Position numbers and translations under genes: made by a program. This document shows positions 20,950-31,154 of a DNA stretch of 64,000 nucleotides, in pieces. Every line of letters starts with the position of its first letter. Position 1 is the first letter of the stretch. The notes beneath the pieces were generated by a model. That model was not told the DNA's origin and searched no databases. It saw only the letters and a list, made by a program, of their open reading frames with translations. This DNA comes from an uncultured delta proteobacterium (GTDB taxonomy: Bacteria; Desulfobacterota; Desulfomonilia; Desulfomonilales; Desulfomonilaceae), in NCBI GenBank assembly GCA_963789265.1, contig CAWBKB010000007.1:192001-256000 (forward strand), given 5' to 3'.

Positions 20950-22374
20950 ATGGGACAAAGGAACCTAGTGTTGAAGAGGATGTGCATGATTTTGCCGTCA
21001 GGTCTTGAACAGATCGAAGCTGAACAGCTCAGTCTTTTTAGGGTGGACAGACAGACGTATGGTCCACCGGAAAAGGACAAACCTTCGGCCTTCAGCGACC
21101 CTGCGTTTGCCAACAACAAGATAATGCCTATTCATCGATGGGTACCTTGGATAGCCGGATTCTCTGCTGATTTCGTTCGGAACGCTTTATCTAACTATTT
21201 GAATCGGAAATCAACCGTCCTTGATCCGTTTGCTGGAGTTGGTACAACTGTGGTCGAAGGGGTTATGGCGGGTCATAATGCTATAGGTTTTGAGATCAAC
21301 CCTTACGCGGCTTTGGCGTGTCGCGTCAAGGTCAACGCATCCAGGATGTCTGCAGATGCTTTAAGGAACTGCATTTTACGGTTCCAAAATTTCTATAAGC
21401 AAAAAGTCTCTGGCGCATACACTCCCGTTAGCTCCCCCCCGTTAGGCTTCCGGACCAGAGCCTCGTTTTATAGCCCGGATGTATTACACAAGGTCCTGAC
21501 AATTCAAGATTTTATAAACCTTATCGAAGAGGATGATCTTCGAGACCTGTACAAGCTCGCCTTCGCTTCCACGATGGTCCGGTACTCGAATTATTCATAT
21601 GAGCCAAGCTTGAGCAGGCGTGTAAGCGCTGGGAAAAAGGATATCGACGACTTTCCTGTAGCCCGGACGATTTTGGAAAAACTGACGGAAATGCTGGAAG
21701 ATGTTGTCTGGTGCCAAGCTCATCCCGCCAAGGATCGGGTTTTCTCCAGAATCATCAATGATTCCTTTTTCCAGTATGAGAGGCACTTGGAGGCCGAGTC
21801 GGTTGATCTGATAATTACGTCGCCACCATACCTGAACAACTATCATTACAATCGGAATACTCGACCACACTTATACTGGTTAGGATACGTCAATAGTCCC
21901 AGAGACATGATACCCTTGGAGCAAGCAAACTTCGGCAAGTACTGGCAAACTGTTCGAGATGCTGAGAGAGTCGACTTGGACTTTTCCGCGCCGGATACCG
22001 ATCTAGCCGAACAGATTGAATTTCTGAGGACTCTTAATCCTGAAAAAGGAGTGTACGGTGGCAATGGCTGGGCCAACTACGCTGCATCATACTTTAATGA
22101 TTGTTACAAGTTTGCAAATGGCATCCGCTATGCGCTCAGACGCGGAGGTACGGCCTTAGTTGTCATCGGAAACAGTATATTACAGGGGACATTGATCGCA
22201 ACAGATCGGCATTTCGGCAAAATAGCCGAGTCCATCGGACTGGAATTGACCAATATTCACGTGCCGCGACCAACAAGAGTCGGAAATAGCATCATACAAT
22301 CGGAAGTCCGTGTAAAGAAAGCTAAGAGCTCTCATCAATTGTATGAGGCTGTAGTAGAAATCAGAAAACACTAA
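20950..22374 (+). CDS. Site-specific DNA amino-methyltransferase (probably N4-cytosine)
   Basis: IHRW..W.AGFS; motif I VLDPFAGVGTT precedes catalytic ITSPPY. Confidence 0.88.
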   Translation: MGQRNLVLKRMCMILPSGLEQIEAEQLSLFRVDRQTYGPPEKDKPSAFSDPAFANNKIMPIHRWVPWIAGFSADFVRNALSNYLNRKSTVLDPFAGVGTTVVEGVMAGHNAIGFEINPYAALACRVKVNASRMSADALRNCILRFQNFYKQKVSGAYTPVSSPPLGFRTRASFYSPDVLHKVLTIQDFINLIEEDDLRDLYKLAFASTMVRYSNYSYEPSLSRRVSAGKKDIDDFPVARTILEKLTEMLEDVVWCQAHPAKDRVFSRIINDSFFQYERHLEAESVDLIITSPPYLNNYHYNRNTRPHLYWLGYVNSPRDMIPLEQANFGKYWQTVRDAERVDLDFSAPDTDLAEQIEFLRTLNPEKGVYGGNGWANYAASYFNDCYKFANGIRYALRRGGTALVVIGNSILQGTLIATDRHFGKIAESIGLELTNIHVPRPTRVGNSIIQSEVRVKKAKSSHQLYEAVVEIRKH

Positions 22375-22986
22375 TCACGTAAAGTGGCCTAGCACCTCCT
22401 CAACAATTCTTTCCAGCGACGGTGCGGTTCCGGTCAAGCGATCCGCCCATGGTCTTCCTGGATGGAGAACATCCCACTCCGATTTTGCTTGATTGTACCT
22501 CCCCGCTCCAGGATCATGATTGCCGAAGCCATCGACAACCGTATTCCAGATAGGGGCAAATCTTCTAATAAGTTCTGCCTCAACCGCCCCGATCAGGTCA
22601 CTTTCAATGCCTCGAAGAATCATGAACCTGCAACGGAACTGGACGACCTGCAGGTTTGATGCCTGTGCAATGTTCCGAGCATGTTGTTTCAGTCTATTGA
22701 ACAAGGTTGAGCCTTCGCTTTGAGCAGTCTTACCGGTTCGCCATCCAGCAGGGACCGTTTTGCCGACATAAATTGGCTGTGCAGACGAATCCCGATTGAG
22801 GTCGGCCAAAGCGGCGTACAACTCAAAATCACCAGCGTAGTATAAAGCATAAATCCCGCTCCCTGAGAATCGATCAGTCGGTGGTAATTCGTGGACAGGG
22901 GTATGAGTAAAAAAGCGGATGGCTTCATCTACTACTCTTTGGAATTGAGCAGACCTGAAAATATGTAAAGCCAAGTTTACGGGCAT
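22375..22986 (-). CDS. Eco29kI-family (GIY-YIG) restriction endonuclease
   Basis: GSGIYALYY..PIYVGK..L..RL.QH..E..LI..F.PIWNTVVDGFGNHDPGAGRY.Q..S.WDVLHPGRPWA; stop codon abuts the MTase stop. Confidence 0.92.
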   Translation of the reverse strand: MPVNLALHIFRSAQFQRVVDEAIRFFTHTPVHELPPTDRFSGSGIYALYYAGDFELYAALADLNRDSSAQPIYVGKTVPAGWRTGKTAQSEGSTLFNRLKQHARNIAQASNLQVVQFRCRFMILRGIESDLIGAVEAELIRRFAPIWNTVVDGFGNHDPGAGRYNQAKSEWDVLHPGRPWADRLTGTAPSLERIVEEVLGHFT

Positions 22987-23140
22987 AACAGTGGGTCTCC
23001 GTCATCCCGGTTTGCACAGCAATAAGACCGGAATCAAAGCCATCCATAACTATCACAGATCCCGGTGAAGAGAAAACTCTGAATAGAGTCCAGACTTTTC
23101 GAAAAGATCAGTAAGGATACATGAGCGGTGCGCACGAGGC

Positions 23141-23959
23141 CTAACGAAGGTCGGAATGCCGATCTTCTATATACGATCTGACAAGATTCCTTCCGCTGAA
23201 ATGCCCGAGCGTGTAATAGGCTATCGCGGTTTCCCGGCCGAACAGGAGCAGTCTTATTCGGCGACGGTTCCAACCCTGCCGATATAGATCCAGTACCCGT
23301 TCCCCCAACTCTTCGAGATACTCGATCTTGCGCAGTAATTCTTCACGAGGAGAAACCCGCGTAGTGCCGCTCCCCGAAAAAAGAACCTTCACGTCCAAGT
23401 AGGTCAGTCGTTTCAGAGAATCAATGATTTGCCAGATGTTGTAATCACGCCTGAGCGCACGATCGCGGCCTCCGATATACAGATCTCCGGTGAAGAGCCA
23501 TCCTTGTTTTGCCTCGTACCGGCAGATATGCTCGGGGCTGTGGCCCGGCGTGTGAATGACGTCGAAACGATGGTGCCCGGTTTCTACATAATCTCCGATA
23601 GCCCTTGCATCTGACGGTTCCGGATAGCCCCACATGACCAATTGATACGGGCGCAGCCGCTTCATGCGCGGCTGAGTGAGTGTCGGCAGGCCTTCAGGGT
23701 GGACAAGTATCTCGCATTTGAACTTCGTCTGCAATGCCGCGTTCCCCGCAACATGATCTTCATGGCAGTGTGTATTGACAATACAGCGCACGGGCAGATC
23801 GTTCAGAGCTTGGACCAACTCAGAGACAGTATAGGCGCAACCCGTATCCACCATGAGGCCGTCAACCCAGTAGGCCGACGTGTAGTACAAGCCGCGGCCG
23901 GCCAGCGTGCGGGCCATTCGAAATTTTGTCACCTCGCCGATTTGTTCGATTTGAATCAC
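23141..23959 (-). CDS. MBL-fold metallo-hydrolase
   Basis: THCHEDH, HTPGH, LFTGD. Confidence 0.9.
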   Translation of the reverse strand: MIQIEQIGEVTKFRMARTLAGRGLYYTSAYWVDGLMVDTGCAYTVSELVQALNDLPVRCIVNTHCHEDHVAGNAALQTKFKCEILVHPEGLPTLTQPRMKRLRPYQLVMWGYPEPSDARAIGDYVETGHHRFDVIHTPGHSPEHICRYEAKQGWLFTGDLYIGGRDRALRRDYNIWQIIDSLKRLTYLDVKVLFSGSGTTRVSPREELLRKIEYLEELGERVLDLYRQGWNRRRIRLLLFGRETAIAYYTLGHFSGRNLVRSYIEDRHSDLR

Positions 23960-24039
23960 GAAAGCATCCTCAAAAGCTCTCAGGACGGTAGCTTCTCAGG
24001 TGGGCGAATGATTTCGTAGCGACGATCATCCCGGCCGTC

Positions 24040-24248
24040 GCCATTCCCGCGTGGGAGATCAAACCGGTCTCCGAACAGCGCTAGGAACAGAGGTAAAGCA
24101 CCAGAGGAGCCACAAACTCATGCTTCAGCTTTGCCGGAAGATAAGGCGGCATTACACTGCCCCAAGCGTGCAGGACCACGTCTTTCCAGTCACAGTCACT
24201 GGTGACGGGACCGATTTACTTCCCGGTGCTGTCCAAGTTCAGGGCCAT
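24040..24248 (-). pseudogene. Decayed remnant of a MaoC dehydratase/SDR fusion gene
   Basis: MALNLDSTGK*IGPVTSDCDWKDVVLHA (MaoC-like N-terminus) joined to MPP..AKLKHEFVAPLVLYLCS*RCSETG (SDR-like C-terminal part); internal stops and a large deletion. Confidence 0.55.
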
Positions 24249-24320
24249 CGCATCCCTTCCGTTCGATTTCCGAAGCACTTGAAGGATCGCAGGATGTCGA
24301 TCCGCTGATTGGTTCGCCCC

Positions 24321-25169
24321 CTAGTCCGGAGCCGCGTCCCTAATCAGACCATGTGTACGTGCGGGTTGATTACGGCGGCGATCCGGGTGATCCCGCTCGC
24401 GAAACTGTCGCAGACCCTCGATTGTTGCCGGATCGTGAATCGATCGATTGAAGCACTCTGCTTCGATACGCAATCCCTCTGCCAGTGGAAGACCATACCC
24501 GCGGAGAGCGGCTTCCTTGTCGGTACGGAGCGCAGGTTGGGGTAGAGCACAAATGAACTCTGCAAGCTCGAGGGCTCTGCCAAGGGATTTGCCTTTCGGA
24601 ACCACTTCGTTGACCAAACCGATTCGCTCGGCTTCCCGCGCGTCGATCACCCTACCCGTGATGATAAGCTCCATTGCACGGCCCATCCCAATGATCCGCG
24701 GGAGCCGTTGGGTTCCTCCGTCGGCCAGTCCAATGTTCCATCGCCGACAGGTGACCCCGAATGACGCATGCTCTTCTGCGATTCTGATGTCCGCGAAGCA
24801 TGCCCATTCGAGCCCTCCGGCATAAGCAGCCCCGTTGACGGCTGCAATTATCGGCTTGTAGATATCAGTCCAACGGCTGGGACCGAGTATCCCGGGCCGT
24901 TCACCTCGATTGTGCGCGGCGATCTCGGCGGGCGTAATGGGAACCAGGGCATCTCCAGCCATGAGATCGCCTCCCGTGCAGAAAGCCTTGTCCCCTGTTC
25001 CGGTAATGATGGCGACCTTCGCATGGCTGTCATCGCGAAAATGCGCCCAGGCACTAACGAGTTCCTGGTGGGTGGTCGGACCGATGCAGTTGCGCACTTC
25101 CGGCCTATCGAACCGGATTATTGTCACGGAGCCGCGCTTTTCGTAGACTATCTGGGTGTATTCCGTCAT
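24321..25169 (-). CDS. Enoyl-CoA hydratase/isomerase family protein
   Basis: AFCTGGDL, KPIIAAVNGAAYAGGLE, DGGTQRLPRIIG; SD AGGAG. Confidence 0.92.
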   Translation of the reverse strand: MTEYTQIVYEKRGSVTIIRFDRPEVRNCIGPTTHQELVSAWAHFRDDSHAKVAIITGTGDKAFCTGGDLMAGDALVPITPAEIAAHNRGERPGILGPSRWTDIYKPIIAAVNGAAYAGGLEWACFADIRIAEEHASFGVTCRRWNIGLADGGTQRLPRIIGMGRAMELIITGRVIDAREAERIGLVNEVVPKGKSLGRALELAEFICALPQPALRTDKEAALRGYGLPLAEGLRIEAECFNRSIHDPATIEGLRQFRERDHPDRRRNQPARTHGLIRDAAPD

Positions 25170-25243
25170 TTGAATCTCCTTCACGGGCTCTGCCTTCGCG
25201 ACTTGCGTTCCCGGAGGGAGCATAGGAACGAGACGTCAAGAAG

Positions 25244-25903
25244 TCATAGGCCCTGCTCGTTCTTCCGGACAGTCTTGGGTCGAGTTCCGGCGAACGCGGG
25301 TAAGAGAACGAATTTCAGGGTCTCTTTCACCATTGAAATGTACTCGTCCCTCGGAAGCTTGAGCATGGTTCGGAAGTAGTTTTCGCCCGACACGAAGTTA
25401 TGGATGGAATTCATTAGAGCAAGCACTTGCATTCTGACAGAGTCGGGAATATTTCTCTTGTCCTTACAGAGGCCCATGGAGCGGGCGATGTCAGAAACAC
25501 GTTCGGGCACCTGAAAATCGGTGATTGATTCGTCCCTAGTCTTTCCGAAGTACCGGAAGAGGATCAGGTTCGAAATTTCTGAATGCTCGAAGAGGTAATC
25601 GGTCATGAGGTCGAGCGATATGCCAAGTCTCTCGGCAATAGGAAGGCCGTGAATCATATTTTCCACTTCAAGCAGCTTCTGCCGCATGTCCTCGTTTATG
25701 TCCCGGATAACTGCTTCGTATAGATCCCCCTTTTCACCCCAGTGATAATAGAGTGTGGAGATGTCGATCCCGACTCCTTCCGCGATCATGCGGGTAGTGG
25801 CGCCATGAAAGCCATATTCGCCGAAGATCCGGCGAGCCTTGGCCAGGATTCTCCCCTTCATGGAATCGGGGTCTTTCCGGGCTTTTTCCAGGGGTGACAC
25901 CAT
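25244..25903 (-). CDS. TetR/AcrR family transcriptional regulator
   Basis: HTH IFGEYGFHGATTRMIAEGVGIDISTLYYHW. Confidence 0.9.
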   Translation of the reverse strand: MVSPLEKARKDPDSMKGRILAKARRIFGEYGFHGATTRMIAEGVGIDISTLYYHWGEKGDLYEAVIRDINEDMRQKLLEVENMIHGLPIAERLGISLDLMTDYLFEHSEISNLILFRYFGKTRDESITDFQVPERVSDIARSMGLCKDKRNIPDSVRMQVLALMNSIHNFVSGENYFRTMLKLPRDEYISMVKETLKFVLLPAFAGTRPKTVRKNEQGL

Positions 25904-25924
25904 CGCTTTATTCCAGTATATCTT

Positions 25925-25940
25925 TCCATCAATTGATGGA
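25925..25940. promoter_or_regulatory. Putative TetR operator
   Basis: Perfect 16-bp palindrome TCCATCAATTGATGGA about 20 nt upstream of the tetR start. Confidence 0.6.
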
Positions 25941-26045
25941 TACACTGAAGGAGGTCGAGGAAGAAGTCAAGAGGAAAATGGCAGATCCCATAAGCATTTA
26001 GTTTTCAACGAGAAAGAGTTGTTAAACTTGTGGGGCGGGCTTTCC

Positions 26046-26253
26046 GAAACTGTCTCAAAAACAATGAAACGGTCGGAATCGTAGCACGAATCCCTCACCC
26101 TGTGTCCCTCTCCCAGAGGGCGAGGGAAGTGCAGAACTGCCCTGGATATGCTCCCTCTCCCTCTGGGAGAGGGTTGGAGTGAGGGAAACAAAATACATGG
26201 CAGCCTCAATCGCGCCACGATTCGAACCTTGTGCGGAATTTTGAGACACTTTC
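26046..26253. mobile_element. MITE with 15-bp terminal IRs and 4-bp TSD, nested in a REP
   Basis: GAAACTGTCTCAAAA / TTTTGAGACACTTTC, flanked by TTCC on both sides; internal CCCTCACCC..CCCTCTCCC..GGGAGAGGG..GTGAGGG palindrome (26091-26186). Confidence 0.75.
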
Positions 26254-26418
26254 TTCCAGCCTGCCATCGGCCAAGTCAGGAAGAAGGCGGGCTGGCAAGC
26301 CCGCCCCACGTGAGTAAATGGTTACACTCCAGTGGAGGATTATGATTGACCGCAACCAGCCGAGGCTGTATGAATAGGCTAGATGGGGCTCAAACACAGT
26401 CTGCCAAAGGGGGGCACA

Positions 26419-28149
26419 ATGCCGTACGACTCAAGACCCTGGCTCAAGTGGTATGATGACGGAATACGTTCCGACGTGGTCACCCCGGACATCTCGCTTG
26501 TCGATCACTTCAATGACGTGGCGAACCAAGTCGCCCGCCGGCCCGCGGTTTTCTTTCTGGGGACCGTTCTTACCTACGCAGACTTGATGGCCGCTGCCGA
26601 CAGCTTGGCCAACGCGTTGATCGATGCGGGCTGCGGACCGGGCAATGTGGTCGGCATCAATCTTCCCAATATTCCCCAATATCTGATTGCCCAACTCGGA
26701 GTCATGAAGGCTGGTTGTGCAGCATCCGGCTTGTCTCCTCTGCTGACTCCGCGCGAGATGGCTCACCAACTGCTAGACTCCGGGGCCAAAGGCCTGGTGA
26801 CGTTGGACGCGATATTCGAGCACAAATTTGCGGGGATAGCGAATCAGGTCCCTGACTTGAAATTTGTCGCCGTTACCGGAATCCTCGACTACGCCTCGCC
26901 TATAAAACGAACTCTGGCCAAGCTCTTGAAGAAGGTCCCGACCGGAAAAGTGGGGCCTCTTCCCGGCAAGAGCGTATTGAAATTCAAGGATATCCCGACC
27001 CGATACTCCTCGCATGACCCAGGCGTCAAGGTCCTTTCCCACGATCATTTTCTGATCCAGTACACCGGAGGAACCACTGGTGTGCCCAAAGGGACCATTC
27101 TCACCCACCGCAACATGTTCGCGGAACTCACGTTCGTTACGGAGTGGCTTGATATGAAATGGGGTGAGGAGGTTATCCTATCCGGATTCCCGTTTTTTCA
27201 CATAGCCGGATTGGCTCTCGGCCTGGGATCTATATTTCAGGGGCACACTCAGATCCTAATCCCCGATCCGCGCAACACGAAGCACATTTTGAAGGAAATG
27301 GCGCGGTACATGCCAACGATGCTGGTTAACGTCCCTTCATTGTACATGATGCTTCTCGAAGAGCCTGGTTTTCGCCGCCTCGATTTCTCCGGGCTGGAGT
27401 TTTGTCTGTCCGCGGCGTCGCCGTTTCCTGCCGAATCGCTCAAACACCTTGAATCCGTGGTGGGGGAAGACAAGGTTGTGGAGGCCTACGGTCTGACCGA
27501 GGGATGCGCCCTGGTCACGTCCAATCCCAGAAGAGGCACGAAAAAAGTGGGAAGTGTAGGCCTTCCGCTGCAAAACACAACAATCAGACTGGTTGATATC
27601 GAGACCGGCGAGCATCAGGTCCCGGTGGGCGAAGAAGGCGAGATCATCGTTTCCGGCCCTCAGGTGATGAAAGGCTACCTCAACAATCCGCAGGAGACCT
27701 CCCTGGTCCTGCGCGAACACGACGGCAAGGTCTGGCTTCACACAGGAGATGTGGCCCGTATGGATGAAGATGGTTTTTTCACCATAGTGGACCGTTCGAA
27801 GGACATGCTTAACGTCGGAGGGTTCAAGGTCTTCTCCCGTGAAGTAGAAGACAAGATGTACGAGCACCCGGCGATCGAGTTCTGCGCGATCATAGGGATT
27901 TCCAATCCCAAAAGACCCGGCACGGATATTGTCAAGCTTGTCGTTCAGTTGAAGCAGGCTTTCAAGGATAGAGATCAGGACAAGCTCAAAGAGGATTTGC
28001 TGGGATATGCCCGCGATAACTTCTCTCCATACAAGATTCCCAAGATGATAGAGATATTGGATGCGATGCCGTTAACTTCGGTCGGCAAAGTAGACAAGAA
28101 AGCGTTACGCGTGAAGCATGGGGCCGCGAGCGTGGATCTGGGTACGTAG
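26419..28149 (+). CDS. Long-chain fatty acid--CoA ligase (FadD-like)
   Basis: QYTGGTTGVPKG, EAYGLTEG, GPQVMKGY, WLHTGD, VGKVDKK. Confidence 0.92.
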   Translation: MPYDSRPWLKWYDDGIRSDVVTPDISLVDHFNDVANQVARRPAVFFLGTVLTYADLMAAADSLANALIDAGCGPGNVVGINLPNIPQYLIAQLGVMKAGCAASGLSPLLTPREMAHQLLDSGAKGLVTLDAIFEHKFAGIANQVPDLKFVAVTGILDYASPIKRTLAKLLKKVPTGKVGPLPGKSVLKFKDIPTRYSSHDPGVKVLSHDHFLIQYTGGTTGVPKGTILTHRNMFAELTFVTEWLDMKWGEEVILSGFPFFHIAGLALGLGSIFQGHTQILIPDPRNTKHILKEMARYMPTMLVNVPSLYMMLLEEPGFRRLDFSGLEFCLSAASPFPAESLKHLESVVGEDKVVEAYGLTEGCALVTSNPRRGTKKVGSVGLPLQNTTIRLVDIETGEHQVPVGEEGEIIVSGPQVMKGYLNNPQETSLVLREHDGKVWLHTGDVARMDEDGFFTIVDRSKDMLNVGGFKVFSREVEDKMYEHPAIEFCAIIGISNPKRPGTDIVKLVVQLKQAFKDRDQDKLKEDLLGYARDNFSPYKIPKMIEILDAMPLTSVGKVDKKALRVKHGAASVDLGT

Positions 28150-28217
28150 GTCACCCACTAGAGCGGTTCTCGAAAATATTGTCGTCACAAGTGGTGCGTG
28201 TTGGCATCAATTTAGAT

Positions 28218-28531
28218 TGGTGGGACAGGCTTCCAGCCTGTCGTTGATGGACGGGCAGGATGCCCATCTCCACTGCAAGGTATCAGCGGGCATCGAGTAG
28301 GACCGGCCTCCGTGCCAGTCATTGTTGGGACAGGCTTCCAGCCTGTCACCAAATGGCAGGCAGGATGCCTGCCCCACTAGGCCGGCAGAGACGCCGGCGC
28401 TACTCCCGAAGCGGAGACGCATCGAATTTCTCGTTCCCAGGCTCTGCCTCGATTATGATCATGAAACAAAGAGAGGCGCCAGGCAGAGTCCCGCGTCCCG
28501 CGGGATTACCAGGCGGAGCCCGGGAACCAGA
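28218..28531. repeat. Two REP pairs followed by a CTCGTTCCCAGGCTCTGCC..GGGAACCAG element
   Basis: GGGACAGGCTTCCAGCCTGTC repeated at ~28222 and ~28327; element 28428-28531. Confidence 0.75.
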
Positions 28532-28584
28532 AACAGCGTGGAATATCGGACAAGAATTTTGACAATTACTTCATGCGGAATTAA

Positions 28585-29733
28585 TCAAAGAATCATCTTG
28601 GAAATCATTTCTTTCATGATCTCGGTCGTCCCGCCGCCGATGGAAAGGATGCGGCTGTCCCGGTACAATCGTTCCACCAGATACTCTCGCATGTACCCGT
28701 AACCGCCATGAATTTGCACCGCTTGATGGCAGACTCGATCGCAAATTTCAGCGGAAAAGATCTTGGCCATCGAGACTTCCTTGACCGCGTTGGCGCCGGC
28801 CTGGATTTTAGCAGCAACTCGGTATGTGAACTCTCGGCTGACCTCGACTAATGTGGCCATATCCACCAGCTTGTGTCTTGTGACCTGGAAGCCTGTAAGC
28901 GGCTTGCCGAAAGCCTCTCTTATCCGAGCGTATTTGATGGATTCTTCAAGGGCCAACTGAGCGGTTGCGTTGGCCATAAGTGCCAGGTAGAGCCTCTCTT
29001 TCTGGAAGTTGTGCATCAGGCCGTAAAATGCCGATCCTTCAGCACCGAGGCGATTTTCCACAGGCACTCGCACATCTTGGAGAGCCAATTCCGCAGTATC
29101 CGACGCCCACCAGCCCATCTTTCTGAGTTTCTTGGAAACAGTGAATCCCGGGCTATCGGTTTCCACGACAAGGAGGCTTAATCCGTGATGGCCCGGCCCC
29201 CCTGTTCGCACGGCCATGGTCACAAGGTCAGCCCGTGTCCCCGAGGTGATCATGGTCTTCGAGCCGTTGACAATGTAGCAGCCACCATCTCGCACCGCGC
29301 GAGTGCGGATGTTGGCAACATCAGATCCGCCTCCTGGCTCGGTAACGCCCAGGGCTGCGATCTTTTCCCCCTGCAGAACAGGAGGCACGAATCGCTCTTT
29401 CTGCTCTTCGTTTCCCAGAGCGAGAATCGGCGGCAGAGCAATCCCGTGAGACATGAGCCCTGCCGCCACTCCACCTGATCCTGACCGAGTTAATTCTTCG
29501 GTTACCACCGCCTCGTGGAAGATGTCGGTCTCGATGCCGCTCCACTGCTGAGGGTAGCAGACACCGAGAAGGCCAACCTCGGCAGCCTTTCGATAAAGCT
29601 CCCGTGGGAACTCGCCCGCCTCCTCCCATGATTCGACGTGAGGCTTGATCTCCCGGTCGACAAACCTGGCAACCGTTTGCCTGAGGATATGATGAGTCTC
29701 CTGGAAATAATCAGGACTGCCGCTCATACCCAT
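28585..29733 (-). CDS. Acyl-CoA dehydrogenase
   Basis: TEPGGGSDVA, NGSKTMITSG, KMGWWASDTAEL, QIHGGYGY, IGGGTTEIM. Confidence 0.95.
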   Translation of the reverse strand: MGMSGSPDYFQETHHILRQTVARFVDREIKPHVESWEEAGEFPRELYRKAAEVGLLGVCYPQQWSGIETDIFHEAVVTEELTRSGSGGVAAGLMSHGIALPPILALGNEEQKERFVPPVLQGEKIAALGVTEPGGGSDVANIRTRAVRDGGCYIVNGSKTMITSGTRADLVTMAVRTGGPGHHGLSLLVVETDSPGFTVSKKLRKMGWWASDTAELALQDVRVPVENRLGAEGSAFYGLMHNFQKERLYLALMANATAQLALEESIKYARIREAFGKPLTGFQVTRHKLVDMATLVEVSREFTYRVAAKIQAGANAVKEVSMAKIFSAEICDRVCHQAVQIHGGYGYMREYLVERLYRDSRILSIGGGTTEIMKEMISKMIL

Positions 29734-29759
29734 TCCTTTACAGCCTTACAGTGGGATGC

Positions 29760-30089
29760 TCAGGCCAATGGGAAAAGATTCGGGATGCGCTGGGCCGCCA
29801 TGATGTCTCCGGTAGCCTTAAGCTTGCCGGTCATAAACGCAGTCATGCCGTTCAGGGTGCCGTTGCACATGGCAATCCAGTCCACGTCGGCCATGGTAAG
29901 GCTTACGTTCGGGCTCGCGTGAACACCCTGACTAACCTGGCAAGCGTTGTCCTTGACGACCACATGCCAGTCGCCGGCCTGGTCGCCCGTAATATGGAAC
30001 TGAAAAATCATATCCAGGCCGGCCGCGGCCGCGGGATTGAACACCTCCGGCATCTTCTCGAAGACTTCATTCACAGTGCTAAGGGCCAT
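29760..30089 (-). CDS. SCP2 sterol/lipid-binding domain protein
   Basis: FNPAAAAGLD..FQFHITG..AFMTGKLKATGDIM; SD AGGAA. Confidence 0.88.
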   Translation of the reverse strand: MALSTVNEVFEKMPEVFNPAAAAGLDMIFQFHITGDQAGDWHVVVKDNACQVSQGVHASPNVSLTMADVDWIAMCNGTLNGMTAFMTGKLKATGDIMAAQRIPNLFPLA

Positions 30090-30281
30090 TTCTTTTTCCT
30101 TTCTCTTTTTGAGCAGTTTTTCCTTTTTGGGCGAAGGTATGACAATTACCTCCCCTATTGCCAAGGTCCCACCCCACTCGTTGGGACATACAAACGATTT
30201 TGCCATAATCTCCGGGAACAAGTAAGAATTATATTTCAGCCCTACCTACCTGTCTCGGAGAAAAGTAGAAAAAACACAATC

Positions 30282-30475
30282 CTCTGCGATCTCTGCGTTC
30301 TCCGCGGTTGACTATTTTCTCGTTCCCGGGCTCTGCCTCAATTTTCATATCGAAATAAGGGCAGTTAGCGGGCGGAGCCCGCAAGATATGGATTCCCAGG
30401 CGGTCCCGCGAGACGCGGAATTGGGAACCAGAACCTCTAACCAGAATTCTCCGCGATCTCTGCGTTCTCCGCGGT
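30282..30475. repeat. Direct repeats CTCYGCGATCTCTGCGTTCTCCGCGGT enclosing a CTCGTTCCC..GGGAACCAG element
   Basis: Copies at 30282-30308 and 30449-30475; inner element ~30317-30432; same family as the inverted pair at 44341-44534. Confidence 0.7.
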
Positions 30476-30494
30476 GAATGTTTACAATTATCCG

Positions 30495-31115
30495 TCAGCC
30501 CTTTGGACGCGCGCCGTTCAAGAAAACCTCCATGAGCCCCCGCTCGATGCGTTCCTTCTGGCCGCTGCCCCTGAGGGGTTGGTTTTCGAGCACCATAGCA
30601 GATATAAAGCTCTCTATCCCTCCCAGAAAGATGTGTGTGAGATATCGCGGCCGTATGTCGGCTCGCAGAGTTTTCCGTTCTTGTGCTTGTGCAATGATTC
30701 TCTCCATCCGATCCCTGAACGTCTTGAACCATTCCAAACGCTCCGGCGTCAGGTTTGTTGTCGAACGCGAGATCTCGGTAATGAAAATGTGTACAAGGTC
30801 CGGCCGTTTTTCGTACTGGTCGAGGAAATATCTGACGATCGATCGCAATTTTTCTTCCACCGGCTGAGACAATTTGTCGCACTGGTCCATCATTTCAAGA
30901 AGATCGTCCCACCGCTCTTTGAGGATCGCGTCGAACAGATCTGCTTTGCTCTTGAAATAGTGGTATACCAGCCCGTACGAGATACCCGCGGCCGTGGCAA
31001 TGTCCGTGACACGTGCCTCATGGAACCCCTTTTCACGGAAAACGCGGCATGCCGCATCAAAGATAGCGACCACCTTGTCCTTCTTGTTGTTCTGAACGGG
31101 CTCAGACAGTTGCAT
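30495..31115 (-). CDS. TetR/AcrR family transcriptional regulator
   Basis: FREKGFHEARVTDIATAAGISYGLVYHYFKSK. Confidence 0.92.
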   Translation of the reverse strand: MQLSEPVQNNKKDKVVAIFDAACRVFREKGFHEARVTDIATAAGISYGLVYHYFKSKADLFDAILKERWDDLLEMMDQCDKLSQPVEEKLRSIVRYFLDQYEKRPDLVHIFITEISRSTTNLTPERLEWFKTFRDRMERIIAQAQERKTLRADIRPRYLTHIFLGGIESFISAMVLENQPLRGSGQKERIERGLMEVFLNGARPKG

Positions 31116-31134
31116 GCGCGAGGACTATCAGTTG

Positions 31135-31154
31135 TTGATTGATTTGTCAATCAA
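31135..31154. promoter_or_regulatory. Putative TetR operator overlapping a -35 box
   Basis: TTGATTGA-TTTG-TCAATCAA inverted repeat about 20 nt upstream of the start; includes minus-strand TTGACA. Confidence 0.6.

Noticed and set aside
28218..30475. CRISPR array
   Set aside because: The repeats are paired palindromes of uneven spacing without unique equal-length spacers, and no cas genes are present.
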